Below are positions 44,969 through 55,600 of a DNA stretch of 55,985 nt, piece after piece (positions within the stretch are counted from its first letter, which is position 1; every line of letters starts with the position of its first letter). A program made the position numbers and the translations under genes. The DNA lies in the IMG/VR virus record IMGVR_UViG_3300011116_000560, positions 1-55,985 of that record, one strand, 5' to 3'. Below the pieces are notes generated by a model. It searched no databases. It was not told the origin of the DNA and saw only the letters and a list, made by a program, of their open reading frames with translations. The stretch comes from a virus. Taxonomy: Duplodnaviria; Caudoviricetes.

Positions 44969-47866
44969 ATGGACACGCTGGATTTCTTCCAGCACGTATT
45001 ACCGTCAGATGGTGTATACGTTGCTGCGCAGTTGTTTCCTAATAAAAAATTTCGTCATAGATTTTTCCGTACCACCGAAGACCTTGCTGCATACGTCCTG
45101 CGTATGAGCGATGATGGTCATAATATGTACTACGCTGTCAGCGCATTTGCGACAGCAAAAGATCGTACACAAGCCAACGTCCGCGCTACCAAGGTTTTGT
45201 TTCTCGATCTCGATGTGGGTGCACATAAAGACCCGAAGCTGTCTTACCTCACGTTGCGAGAAGCGGTTTATGCACTGAAGGGATTTCTTACAGCATTCAG
45301 CCTGCCGCCTCCGATGTTCGTTCACTCAGGAGGTGGCTTGCATCTGTACTGGGTGCTCGACCGTGAGCTGAGCCGCGCTGAGTGGAAGCCGCTCGCGCTG
45401 GCGTTCAAGGCTGCTGCCGTCAGCTTTGGTTTTCGCATTGATACCGCTGTGCCATCCGACGAGTCCCGCGTTCTGCGCCCGGTTGGTGTGCGCAATCCGA
45501 ACTACACAGTAGACAACATTGCTGCGGTGAGGATGGGAGCTCCGGATGTATCCGTGGAGCAGATGCAGTCGCTGCTGGCCCGCTTCGTAGGGGTAACGCC
45601 TAGCCCGTTCATGATGATGCGCCCGCCCAAGGGCAGCAAGGTTAACCTCGCACTGCTCGACAGCATATCCGTACCGACTGCGGAGTATGAGCCAGCCGAT
45701 CCAATACTAGTTGCGGAGGGATGCCAGCAGATCAAGTGGGGTATCGACAACCCGGAGAAGGTGTCTGAACCATTCTGGTATTCAATGATGGGCGTGGCCT
45801 CAGCCTGTGCCGACCCTGAGAACACCGCCATCGAGTGGAGCAAGGGCTACTCTGGCTTCTCCGAGGACGAGACCTTAGCCAAGCTGCTTCACTGGAACAC
45901 CGCCACCTCTGGCCCGGCCACCTGCTCCAAGCTTGAAGCCGACAGGCCGAAGGGCTGTGACGGTTGCCCGCTCAAGGGTCGCATAGCTACCCCCTGCGGC
46001 ATTGGCCACATGACCGAGGAAGTGCCACCCCCTGCTGACGCTCCCGACGCCATCATCCATACCGTCCCGCTGCCCGGTAACCACAAGTGGAATAAGGACG
46101 GGGGTATCGATGTGATCATCAACAACACAGCTATCCCGCTGTGCCCATGGCCCATCTATCCGGTCAGCTACGGCCACGATGAAGTGCTGGGCTACGAGGT
46201 GTGTCGCTTCAAGTGGAACCGTCCGGGTGCCGGATGGAAAGAGCTGACGCTGCGCAATGCCTTGCTGGTCGAAGGCAACAAGGAGTTTGATACCATCGTT
46301 GCCGATCAAGGCATTATCTTCAACAACTCCAAACTGACGGGATACTTTCACACCATGCTACGCGCATATATGGAGGAGCTTAAAAAGATACGCTCCGTAA
46401 CCAACCTGTATACGACCATGGGGTGGAAGGAGAGCCACACCCAGTTCCTTCTTGGCAGCACGCTGTTAAAACGTATGCCAGATGGTAGCGTTGTTGAAGA
46501 AGACGTTACGCTGGCTGGTACTACCAGAACTACTGACCATATGTACGGCACAGCTGGGTCAGAGGATGTCTGGATACGTAGCACAGCTATCCTTGAGACG
46601 CACAAACTCTATGTCCATCAGTTTATGCTTGGCGTTAGTCTGTCTGCCCCCCTGCACGATCTAACTGGGCTATCCGGTTGCGTCATCAACCTGCACGGAC
46701 CGACTGGTACGGGCAAGACCATCGCACAACGGTGGATGCAGTCAGCATGGGGTAGCCCGGACAAGCTGCACTTTGCAGCCAAGTTTACCCACAACGCGTT
46801 CTTCAATCGCCTTGGATTCCACAACCACTTACCAGCTACCATTGATGAAGCGACCATGATGCCAGCCAAAGATGTTGGCGACTTTATCTACAGCGTGTCG
46901 CAGGGCGTGGACAAAGCCCGTCTCACCAAGAACGCTGAGGCCCGCGAAGCTCGCACATGGGCAACGACCGTCACCACATCATCCAACAAATCGTTTGAGT
47001 CCATGCTGGTAGCGTCTGGGTTCGAGACCGACGCACAGAGAGCGCGCCTCATAGATATCCCTGTACCAGAGAGCAAACTGTTCTCGCAAAATTCAGAGGC
47101 TGGCCGCACGATATACGGTCTGACCAACACCAACTACGGCTGGCTGGGCAAGTGGTTTATTACGCTCTGCCTGAGTAAGGGACGTGATGTTGTCGTTGCC
47201 GAGATGGAAGCCTACCGCATCGAGTTCTTCAAAAGGTTCAACGTGAAGTTCTCCGGTAACGAGCGGTACTGGGAGCAGGTGTTTGTCCATACCGCCTATT
47301 CGCTGAGCATGGCCAAGGCTCATGGCAAGATACAGTTCGACTATGAAGAAGCTATACGTCACATACTGAAGCAGATCGGTGTCCTGCGCGCAGCGGTGCA
47401 GTCGAATATCCGTGACGCTTTCGACGCTATCGCAGAGTACATGAGCGAGAAGGTTAACTCCACTATCTCCGTCATGCACATCGGAAGTGCTCGCGGAGTG
47501 GCTCTGTTTGATAGGGTGCCGTACGAGGGTGTCAGTGCAAGGCTCGACGTGTACCGCGCCACAACTTCCGCACCGTGCACTTCCGGTACGCTTATGATGG
47601 ACCGCAAACACTTCCGTGAGTGGCTTGCCAAGAAGGGTCTTGACTATAACGACATAATGACCGAGCTTAATTTGCACGGAATAATAATTACACCGGCCAG
47701 CAATAAGGCCAGCCTTGGTAAGGATACCATGATACGCCTACCGCAGACATATGTGGTGGTGGTTAATCTTGTGCACCCTCGCTTATCTATGGCGATCAAT
47801 AACGCAGATGACCAATCGCTTAATTCAAGTGTTAGCCAGTTCAAACTGGTAGGGAAGGGAGAGTAG
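44969..47866 (+). CDS. Primase-helicase (AEP/RepB-like primase, Cys-rich module, DUF927/helicase), 965 aa
   Basis: FLDLD, SGGGLHLYW, RVLR.VG..N; Cys cluster (C...CDGCP); GPTGTGKT, TIDE, G..KARL; GGAGG RBS before ATG 44969. Confidence 0.9.
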   Translation: MDTLDFFQHVLPSDGVYVAAQLFPNKKFRHRFFRTTEDLAAYVLRMSDDGHNMYYAVSAFATAKDRTQANVRATKVLFLDLDVGAHKDPKLSYLTLREAVYALKGFLTAFSLPPPMFVHSGGGLHLYWVLDRELSRAEWKPLALAFKAAAVSFGFRIDTAVPSDESRVLRPVGVRNPNYTVDNIAAVRMGAPDVSVEQMQSLLARFVGVTPSPFMMMRPPKGSKVNLALLDSISVPTAEYEPADPILVAEGCQQIKWGIDNPEKVSEPFWYSMMGVASACADPENTAIEWSKGYSGFSEDETLAKLLHWNTATSGPATCSKLEADRPKGCDGCPLKGRIATPCGIGHMTEEVPPPADAPDAIIHTVPLPGNHKWNKDGGIDVIINNTAIPLCPWPIYPVSYGHDEVLGYEVCRFKWNRPGAGWKELTLRNALLVEGNKEFDTIVADQGIIFNNSKLTGYFHTMLRAYMEELKKIRSVTNLYTTMGWKESHTQFLLGSTLLKRMPDGSVVEEDVTLAGTTRTTDHMYGTAGSEDVWIRSTAILETHKLYVHQFMLGVSLSAPLHDLTGLSGCVINLHGPTGTGKTIAQRWMQSAWGSPDKLHFAAKFTHNAFFNRLGFHNHLPATIDEATMMPAKDVGDFIYSVSQGVDKARLTKNAEAREARTWATTVTTSSNKSFESMLVASGFETDAQRARLIDIPVPESKLFSQNSEAGRTIYGLTNTNYGWLGKWFITLCLSKGRDVVVAEMEAYRIEFFKRFNVKFSGNERYWEQVFVHTAYSLSMAKAHGKIQFDYEEAIRHILKQIGVLRAAVQSNIRDAFDAIAEYMSEKVNSTISVMHIGSARGVALFDRVPYEGVSARLDVYRATTSAPCTSGTLMMDRKHFREWLAKKGLDYNDIMTELNLHGIIITPASNKASLGKDTMIRLPQTYVVVVNLVHPRLSMAINNADDQSLNSSVSQFKLVGKGE

Positions 47867-47867
47867 T

Positions 47868-48029
47868 ATGGGATTCCACAGGCCGTACCGTTTTCGCCAC
47901 CTAAAGCCTGACCCCGGCGTGCATACTCACCCGTTTGTGGGGTGGGTTCTTATTGCGCTCACAAGTTTTGTTGCAGGCGTAGTGCTGTTTTGTGTAGGGG
48001 CTGTCGTATGGATTACGATACGGTTTTAG
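47868..48029 (+). CDS. Small single-pass membrane protein, 53 aa (not in the ORF track)
   Basis: GGGAGAG RBS; MGFHRPYRF...FVGWVLIALTSFVAGVVLFCVGAVVWITIRF*. Confidence 0.6.
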   Translation: MGFHRPYRFRHLKPDPGVHTHPFVGWVLIALTSFVAGVVLFCVGAVVWITIRF

Positions 48030-48151
48030 GGGTGGTTAGCGATGAATACGAGCGCGCGAGACTCCCAACTCATTCGGCTGGATAATTTGGAAGCCGACGC
48101 AAATGCCAAACTAAGTTCAGTCACCGCCGCAGACCAAACATAGGAGCCAAC

Positions 48152-48658
48152 ATGCATTACCGAAAAAAGACGACTATCGAAGCTACGCAATGGTTTTGCA
48201 ACGGTCAGTGTCCGACATGGGGTCAATCTGCCGTGCGAGAATGTGGCGGCCATTTTGAAATAGATACACGCGAAGGAACCTTGAAAGGAGTCCCCGGTGA
48301 TTGGATCGCTCGCGGTGTCGAAGGCGAGGTCTATCCGATAGGGGCGGATATTTTCTTTAAGACCTACGAGCCCTCAATTAGTGGTCATGGCTCGCGTCAT
48401 ATGCAGGAGATTGAAATGCCGAACGATAATACGCCTCCCACACCTCAAGCCGAAATGCTCGACTCAGAAAATCCTCTTGGCTTTGACAGTGCCGCCGAAA
48501 TTAAACCGGCCTTCAATATGCGCCAATGGGTGGAGCAGGCCCTCGTAGCCAAGGGCGCGAAACAAACTGGCGCTGGTATCGGATTTGGCGAAGCTGATAT
48601 CGATATCGAACTTGAAGGATGCCACTACAACATCAGAATCAAGGCGATTATGCGTTAA
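48152..48658 (+). CDS. PGDYG-like domain protein, possibly two fused genes, 168 aa
   Basis: YRKK..IEA.QW...T.EG....PGDWI..GVEGE.YP....IF.KTYE; internal AGGAG + ATG at 48416. Confidence 0.7.
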   Translation: MHYRKKTTIEATQWFCNGQCPTWGQSAVRECGGHFEIDTREGTLKGVPGDWIARGVEGEVYPIGADIFFKTYEPSISGHGSRHMQEIEMPNDNTPPTPQAEMLDSENPLGFDSAAEIKPAFNMRQWVEQALVAKGAKQTGAGIGFGEADIDIELEGCHYNIRIKAIMR

Positions 48659-48686
48659 CAGCCAGTGACCATTGAAGGAATGAAAA

Positions 48687-48905
48687 ATGGCTAAGAAACC
48701 CGAACCCAAGATCATCCACCCAATCGAAATGATCGAAAGCCTGCGGGCTTACCGGGACGACTGCAACGACCTCCTGACCTATGCCCAATTCACGCTGGAC
48801 CTGATTAAGGACGGATCAATCGGCAATAAGGCGGCGCTGGAAACATTGCAGCCCCGGCTTGAGGCGGCGGTTTTGAAGGTTCGCCGCTGGAACGAAGCCG
48901 ATTAG
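48687..48905 (+). CDS. Hypothetical protein, 72 aa
   Basis: AAGGA RBS; last plus-strand gene. Confidence 0.65.
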   Translation: MAKKPEPKIIHPIEMIESLRAYRDDCNDLLTYAQFTLDLIKDGSIGNKAALETLQPRLEAAVLKVRRWNEAD

Positions 48906-49034
48906 CCCATTCAGCCAGAGAACGAACATGATCGCCGCCGCCTATGTGGCGAATGCCACTCTTACCGTGGATGAGGCTACGGAAGCCTGATGCACGGATG
49001 CGGAATAAATTGAACTGCACACAGATGGGCCAAT

Positions 49035-49068
49035 AAAAAAGAGCCCGCGCGCCGTGAGGCACGCGGGC
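49035..49068 (-). terminator. Rho-independent terminator of the late arm
   Basis: Minus strand GCCCGCGTGCC-TCAC-GGCGCGCGGGC-TC-TTTTTT. Confidence 0.85.
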
Positions 49069-49119
49069 CAAGTCGGGTGATCGAACGAAACTGGTGGGAG
49101 AACCGCCCCGCCCGATTTA

Positions 49120-49428
49120 TCAGCGGACGATCAAGGCACCCAATGCGCCAGTGACCCCGCCGATGACCGCACCAGCGCCAGCCGTATTGGCGATGGTGGC
49201 TGAATAAGTAACCACCCCAGTAGCCGCGCCTGCTGAACCGATGATGGCACCAACGCCAGCCGTCAGGATAGCCCCACCAATGACGCGCTCTTCAAGAGAG
49301 CAGCCAGCGGTAGGCACAATCCAAATGGCGCACCGCAACAGGCTTGGGCGCTCAGCACGAAACTTTGTCTTAGCCAAAGCGGGGGTGGTAGCGAACATAG
49401 CGACAAGAAGAACGACAAGATATTTCAT
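49120..49428 (-). CDS. Secreted glycine-zipper membrane protein, 102 aa
   Basis: Signal peptide MKYLVVLLVAMFATTPALA; GxxxG-rich hydrophobic C-terminus. Confidence 0.7.
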   Translation of the reverse strand: MKYLVVLLVAMFATTPALAKTKFRAERPSLLRCAIWIVPTAGCSLEERVIGGAILTAGVGAIIGSAGAATGVVTYSATIANTAGAGAVIGGVTGALGALIVR

Positions 49429-49473
49429 TGAGCTAACTCCATTGTATAGTACTGCCCGGAATGGGCTAGTACG

Positions 49474-50163
49474 TCAGGGCTGGTAACTTGACGTGGATAT
49501 TTCACTCTTAAATTTAGCTAGTGAGGCGTAAAGGTTTGGCTTCTTGTTGTAAAGCCCCCGCACTGCTTCGACATGCCCGCAGTCACCAAATGAGCAACCG
49601 TCATAAAGACCCGCTTGACGGATTAAATCGCCCACGTGAAACATGAAATCGGGGGCACGGTTCCATCCTGTTTGGATATCACAAGCGCGACCGATATGGT
49701 GATTTGACCCCGGTTTGTGGCCGCCTGAAGCGTAACAGCCAACAATTCCCCAATTGATCTTGTAACCGCGCTCATGTAGCAGCGCAAAAAACTTCAAGAA
49801 CTTTGAAGCGTCAATAGGGTTTACTGTTATCGGTTTGCCATAGGCCGTGATGACACGAATCATTCCTGCGCGAGTTAGTTCATAGTCTTCTCGCTTAATA
49901 AGACCGCCGTCCTTCTTGACAACGTACTCTTGAGATTTGTCAATTCGCAGAGCTGTGCTGTTACGGCCAGCGACGCGCCTATAAGATTGTTTTTTAACAA
50001 CTGGTTCAACGCCAATTTGATGGTACTCGCCACTTCTTGGGTTGTATGTGTGCGCAACAATAGCATCTTCTTGGGCTGCCTTGTAACGGCGTGCCTCAGC
50101 AGAATTGGCTAGGAATAGAACAGCGAGCGTTGCTGCTACAAATAAAATCGTGTGTTTTAACAT
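49474..50163 (-). CDS. Secreted M15-like Zn peptidoglycan peptidase, 229 aa
   Basis: AAGGAGG RBS; signal peptide ending in ANSAEA; S.H..G.A.D (SNHHIGRACD) and GHVE. Confidence 0.7.
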   Translation of the reverse strand: MLKHTILFVAATLAVLFLANSAEARRYKAAQEDAIVAHTYNPRSGEYHQIGVEPVVKKQSYRRVAGRNSTALRIDKSQEYVVKKDGGLIKREDYELTRAGMIRVITAYGKPITVNPIDASKFLKFFALLHERGYKINWGIVGCYASGGHKPGSNHHIGRACDIQTGWNRAPDFMFHVGDLIRQAGLYDGCSFGDCGHVEAVRGLYNKKPNLYASLAKFKSEISTSSYQP

Positions 50164-50302
50164 GATGTTGGCCCCTCCTTTAGGGCGCGTCGTGCTACGC
50201 ACACGCTTCTGGATTGAAGCGCATTACGGTCTTGCTGGGTCACTCCTTTGGTTGTTGGGGGGAAGTGTCAGTATTGCCTATTTGGAGGAAGAAGGGAACC
50301 CC

Positions 50303-50704
50303 CTACGTTCCTCCATTTTGAACGTAACATAACACCTCATCCGCACTACTCAGAAATATTACTGTGTGCCCGGTAGGGTTTCCTCGGTCCCACTTTATTT
50401 TATGGTTAGGCACTAGAATCTTGGTACCGACTGGCACATGCCGTCGACCTAGCGGCGCATCTGGTCTGTCGTCTGTGATGATGGCGTATAACTCGCCACT
50501 AGACCCGGTCGCTGTTTTGTCGGCCCAATAGGCGTCGGCCTCTCCGCAACAGAACATCCATTTATTGTCTGGTTGTCTGAGTTCCTTAAACCATTCGCTG
50601 ATATAAGGGTCGACTGTGTTCCATTGCCCTAGGTCGCGCGCCGCCGCTGTTGGTTCCAGCAGGGCCAAGATCAGCATAATGTGAAGGACTAGTTTAGCCA
50701 TCAC
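50303..50704 (-). CDS. Secreted Cys-containing hypothetical protein, 133 aa
   Basis: Signal peptide; W...L.QPDN...CCGEAD.Y...NPTGH..IF.....V.CYV. Confidence 0.7.
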   Translation of the reverse strand: MMAKLVLHIMLILALLEPTAAARDLGQWNTVDPYISEWFKELRQPDNKWMFCCGEADAYWADKTATGSSGELYAIITDDRPDAPLGRRHVPVGTKILVPNHKIKWDRGNPTGHTVIFLSSADEVLCYVQNGGT

Positions 50705-50940
50705 TTTTTAATATTGTTTTCGATACTATCTACGCGACGGATCAGTGCTTTGAGTTGCTCATCCTGACGAATGCCGAGTTCAATAACGGAGATCAGTTTT
50801 CCAAGCTGGTTCTCAACAAGAGACAATCTTGAGCTGAAGCTATAATACATTCCAATCAATGTCGCAGCTGACACGGCTAGCGTTATGACATGGTTTACAT
50901 TAAGTGTTCCATCAAACCACTTTTTTGACTGTTCGTCCAT
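50701..50940 (-). CDS. Single-TM coiled-coil lysis-module protein, about 79 aa
   Basis: One TM segment followed by a heptad pattern; GGAAGG RBS before MDEQ. Confidence 0.6.
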   Translation of the reverse strand: MDEQSKKWFDGTLNVNHVITLAVSAATLIGMYYSFSSRLSLVENQLGKLISVIELGIRQDEQLKALIRRVDSIENNIKK

Positions 50941-51025
50941 CGTTGCAAGGCCTTCCATGTGCTGCGCCTTTGACATTGGCTATTTTGCTAGTTTAATTTT
51001 CCGGCCTTGTGCTAAGCTAAAGATA

Positions 51026-51415
51026 TCATCTTTTGAATATTCTTGCTACTTTTTCGATAGTACGCCCACCAAAATAGGCACCGACGACAAGCATGAAAAC
51101 ATCCCACATGCGGGCATCGAGTGCGTCGGTCACACCCCAACCAAGAACCTTATCCCAGACTACGACCTTAATTGTAAAAACAATGAACGGCAGAGCAAAC
51201 AATGGGCGGATCATAGCCGTTACCCACCAGCCTTGCTCAGCAAGCAGAATTGAAGCCTCTACTTTGCGGGCTTCAATTTGCCCTTCAATTTCTTTTATGG
51301 CGAGTTCAGTCGCTTTAGCTTCAGTCGTATTGCCTGCGGCCAGCTTGGCTTTGTAGCTGTCAGTCAAAGCCCCAATAATCGGCCCGGCAAACAAATTAGC
51401 GATGAACCCCCACAT
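51026..51415 (-). CDS. Holin-like protein (3TM-holin type), 129 aa
   Basis: IRPL...TM...TM..GAYFGGRTIEK. Confidence 0.75.
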   Translation of the reverse strand: MWGFIANLFAGPIIGALTDSYKAKLAAGNTTEAKATELAIKEIEGQIEARKVEASILLAEQGWWVTAMIRPLFALPFIVFTIKVVVWDKVLGWGVTDALDARMWDVFMLVVGAYFGGRTIEKVARIFKR

Positions 51416-51416
51416 G

Positions 51417-51749
51417 CTATGCGGTCCTGTTGCGGGCTTTGATCGACACCAGAGAGATGACCAGCATGACACCAGCGATAATTTTTGGATTGCCTATGTA
51501 GATATCAATGGCCGTTTTCAGTTCTGGCATACCGAGGAAGTCAGCCAGACTGTCGAGATTGGCGGTCACACCAGCGACGACAATTACGAACTTGGCCCAG
51601 AGCTTCGTAGCCGATCCATAGGCTGCATCCCACAAGCGCTTGTAGCCGGTGTTGGTCGATGCCTTGTAGTTGAGGGTCAGGTCGTAAGCGACACACACAG
51701 CAATAGCGAGGAACCCAAGGCCGAAGGCCAATTTGATAATGTGTAGCAT
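51417..51749 (-). CDS. Holin/antiholin-like membrane protein, 110 aa
   Basis: Two to three TM segments; directly after the endolysin. Confidence 0.65.
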   Translation of the reverse strand: MLHIIKLAFGLGFLAIAVCVAYDLTLNYKASTNTGYKRLWDAAYGSATKLWAKFVIVVAGVTANLDSLADFLGMPELKTAIDIYIGNPKIIAGVMLVISLVSIKARNRTA

Positions 51750-52603
51750 CAGGAAGCGTCCTTCTGTCTGGCGATTATAGGTTTCATATTTATTTCACGG
51801 AGGGCAACAATTACGGCCAAGATCAGTGTGGTGCCCAAAAGTATCCACCCCCAGTGCATTCCTTGTACAATTGTTACCGTGGTGACAGTACCAACTACAG
51901 CAGCGCCCGACACTGCACCTTCTGGAACACGGTGCTTAAGCATCGTTTTTGGCTCTTGCGTAGCATTAAGAGCTATGAGGGGGCCCGCCTCTGCGGGCTT
52001 ACTCAATCCAAACTCCCACAGCTTAGCCTCTGATTCACGGCGAATCTGGAGGCCACGCAGTTCTGGCCATAGGCGTTTCATGGCCCGAAAATCATCTGCC
52101 ACAGCGCGTAGACTGCCAGCCAGTATATGCGCTTTGATATTACGCATTTCAGTATAACGAGCGCCACTTGTGTTAAAAGAAGCACCGCGATTATAGGCAA
52201 GACTGACTAACGCGCCAAGGCAGTCGGGCGGCAGTTTACCAGCACCGGGAATAGCATCGCACACACGTTTTACCCACTGTGGGATATCGTTATAAAGAAA
52301 CACTTTACAAGCGGTATCCCACGGGACGCTGATGAGGTTACGAACGGATGGCAACAGCGCAGCCGCAGCCTGACCGCGCACCCCGAGGCACTTCTCCATT
52401 ACTAAGATCATTTGCGCCGGTAGCATACCGTCAAAATCGTTATGAAGTTTGACGGCATCGGAGTACCCCAGATCATAACCGATGCCTACGGTAATGCCTG
52501 ACATACCGCCCGGCCACTCGGGATGCTGATACTTCTTTTCATACTGCGAGTGCGAAGTTACTTCGCACTCTATAATTAAGTCAACAGCGCGCTGCGAGAT
52601 CAT
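51749..52603 (-). CDS. Endolysin (lysozyme-like) with C-terminal hydrophobic helices, 284 aa
   Basis: I..CE...WPGG.SG.T.G.GYDLG, GALVSL.YNRG, GL..RR..EA.LW. Confidence 0.85.
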   Translation of the reverse strand: MISQRAVDLIIECEVTSHSQYEKKYQHPEWPGGMSGITVGIGYDLGYSDAVKLHNDFDGMLPAQMILVMEKCLGVRGQAAAALLPSVRNLISVPWDTACKVFLYNDIPQWVKRVCDAIPGAGKLPPDCLGALVSLAYNRGASFNTSGARYTEMRNIKAHILAGSLRAVADDFRAMKRLWPELRGLQIRRESEAKLWEFGLSKPAEAGPLIALNATQEPKTMLKHRVPEGAVSGAAVVGTVTTVTIVQGMHWGWILLGTTLILAVIVALREINMKPIIARQKDAS

Positions 52604-55600
52604 TGGACAGAGCCTCCGCGTGGGTTGATGCCAGCAATGCTCATCTGCTCCAGCATCTTGTTACGAGCCGAGATCGGAGCAGACTTAAGCGAACGCTCGA
52701 CGGTGGACTTCCTAGCTTCGCGCAGCGCTTGAGCAGCATTGGTACCGAAGTTTCTGATCTCCAGCCCGGTGCCCAGCCACTTGGCAGTCTCGTTCCAGTC
52801 CCTGACGTTATCCTTGATGTGCTGCGCCGCTTCGGGGTCACCGGACTGCACGGCCTTGATGTAGTCCGTCTTGAACGCAGCACTGATCTCCTTGGCATAA
52901 TCTATAGAGGTCTTGTTAAGCCGAATCACATCGTTCTGCACCTTGGCAGCACTGGGGTAGAAGCCCATCAGGCGAGCCATGATCGTGGTAGACCCCATGT
53001 CCTTGCTGGCAACGTAGCCGCGCTTGTCCACGATGGCACCGGTCTGATAATACATAGCCGCATCACTCACCGCACGGACCATGGCCGCAGGGGATTCCCG
53101 TGCGACATCGATGGCTTTGTTAAGTGTCGGATCGTGCGCGAACCGGCTAAGTCCGTGGATCGTGGAAGCTGACTGTGACACGAACGACATGACCGGACCA
53201 GCGATGGCTTCCAGCTCACGACCAACGTCCGCACCGGCCTTGAAGATTCCCGTACCCGGCAGGATGTCGCCGTTAGCCACACGTTGACCGAGCGAGATGC
53301 CAAATATCTTATCAATACCGCCATGGTTGACAAAGTCGCCAAGTCCGGGGACGGCTTTCTCCAACAAAGCATAAAACTCAGCTTCCACACTGCCGATTGG
53401 TTTGCCCAAGATACGCTGAGATAGCGTTTCCAATACATCAATAAAGTCGTCTGCGAACGGGATACCGTGCATACCAGCCAAAATTACCAGCGCACCGAGC
53501 ATCATTATTTTGCCCTTGTAGTCCATGTTACGCATTAGTTCTGCGGACGTTACCGGAAATACCTTGTACATGAACAGCAGATGGCCAACGTCGCTCTGGA
53601 ACGCGCGCGGCAGAGCACCCAGTGAGTACTGGCCGAGCGTGTCATCGATCATCTTGTTGGAGAACGCAGTAGCGGTATCAAACGCTTCCTGCATTTTATC
53701 GGCGTACTTAGGATCATTAGGCAGTAGAAGTCTTGTCTGTTTGTCGTACTCCAACCGGAATGCAGCCAGACCGGTAGCGCGCCGTGATGCCTGTTCCGCG
53801 ATATTAAACGGCACCATCATGAGCTGGAAGGCCTGCTGCAGTCTGGAGTCGGTGTCACCACGCGCGTTAGCGCCCTGCGCATCTGCCTGCGCAGCCTGCA
53901 TACGGCCAGACTGCGTTTCCTTGAATAGGAACTCGGCTTCCAGCCGCGTAAGGTGCCATTTGGCACGAAGTGCTTTGGCTTCAGCCGTGTCCGTTTTAGG
54001 GATCATGGCCTTGAACGTGTCGGAGTCCGAAGCACCGATACCAGTGGTCTGCTTAAGCGCCTTATACACCTCGACGTGCGCCCTGCCGATACCAAAGCCG
54101 CCACCGAACGACCGCTTCTGGTTATAAGTCGCCAGTGCAGGGATGACGTTGGTCTGGAGAGCGATGAGCTGGATGGCAGCGGTGGCCATCGACGCACCCA
54201 TCTGGGCCACGGCAGTCCACTGCCGCAGCTGTTTAATGAACGTACCATCAGCAAAGTTGGTGGTGTCGGTGTTCGACTGTGAGTCGATAAAGTGCAGGTT
54301 CTCCAAGGCAATCGACTTGTACGTATTACCAGTGCGCTCAGATTCGTTTACTTTGGTCATGTAGTGGTATAGCTCAAACTTTTCCGCGGCAGCTTTGTCT
54401 GCAGGGTTTGCTTCGTGCGCGGCCTTCAGCGTATTGTACTCACCCTTTTCGCTGAAATCACCGAACCACAACTTATTGCTGCTATCCAGCGAGCCGTCGA
54501 ACAGGGTGTCCAAGAGCGGGCGGTGGATGCGACGAGCGATAGAGGCAGAGACGTTCTGCAAGTACTCTGACGCAGACCGTGCCATATCCGAGTCACCACC
54601 GGGGTGACCACGGCGCTCAAGGCTCTTACGGCTGTTGTCGCTCTGCTTGGTGATTGCCGTGACGAGATCAGCCCGCTTCTCAGGAGGCAGGTTGATGTTG
54701 AACGCAGCGATGGCATCCAAGACAGTGTTGAGGTTACTGGCAGACGGTACCGTGCCGTCCTTAAGCACAGTCCCCTGCACAGCGCGGAACGTGACCGGGG
54801 CGTACTCGTAGTTGTTGCCCACCATGACACGCATACTGATTGGCGGCATGTTCTTGAAGGCCCGGTTAAGGTCTTCCGCTGCAGTCGTGGCGGCAGCTAG
54901 ATCGTTCTTCTGCCAGTACCCCATCATCTGCGAGAACTCGTCGGCAACCTTAACGGCCTTGCCGTTGGAGTCGACAGCCTCGACGCGGATCGAGTGGTCG
55001 CCACGGCGTACGACCGGAATATAGTTGCGGGCGATGTTTAGCTTGGAGTGCATATCCGAGTTCTCACTGGTCTGCTGGAGCAGGCCCATGTTGAGAACGA
55101 GATGCTGTGCGTCGTACCGGGTCTCGTTAACCGCCTCGGCATTGATACGGCTGTCCTCGCGCAGTGAGGTGATGGCGTCCACCACCTCTGCCTTAGTCAG
55201 AGCGGTAGCCTTGAGATCGCCGGTCTTGTCCTCGAAGAACTTGGTTAGGTCTGCGATACGGTCGGTGTCCTTGCCGATAAGCACCTTATTGAACGCAACA
55301 GCCATCTCGTTGGCTGACTTCATCGAGTCGGTATTGTACTCTACGGAGCCACCGGTTTCGTCACGGTTAAGGGCATACATGCGCACGTAGCGTTCAACTA
55401 GATTGTCGATAAACTTCTTTTCATTGTCCTTCAGCTTGCGGCCCATCTCCGAAGCCAGCTTGTCCAGCATATGCGCCTGCTTGACCTTGGCACCACCGAT
55501 ATCAGCGATAACGTGCTGGATGGCAGCGTGGACCATGGCGCTCTGTTGGCCGTTGTCAAAGTGCTCCTTATACGCACGCCACAACTTGCTGTCTTCGGTC

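Noticed and set aside
48805-49071. 88-aa minus-strand ORF
   Set aside because: It starts within the terminator, overlaps a plus-strand gene and has no RBS
49070-49118. Hammerhead ribozyme (TGATCGA...CGAAAC)
   Set aside because: The core CUGANGA is not matched and there is no stem II between the two elements
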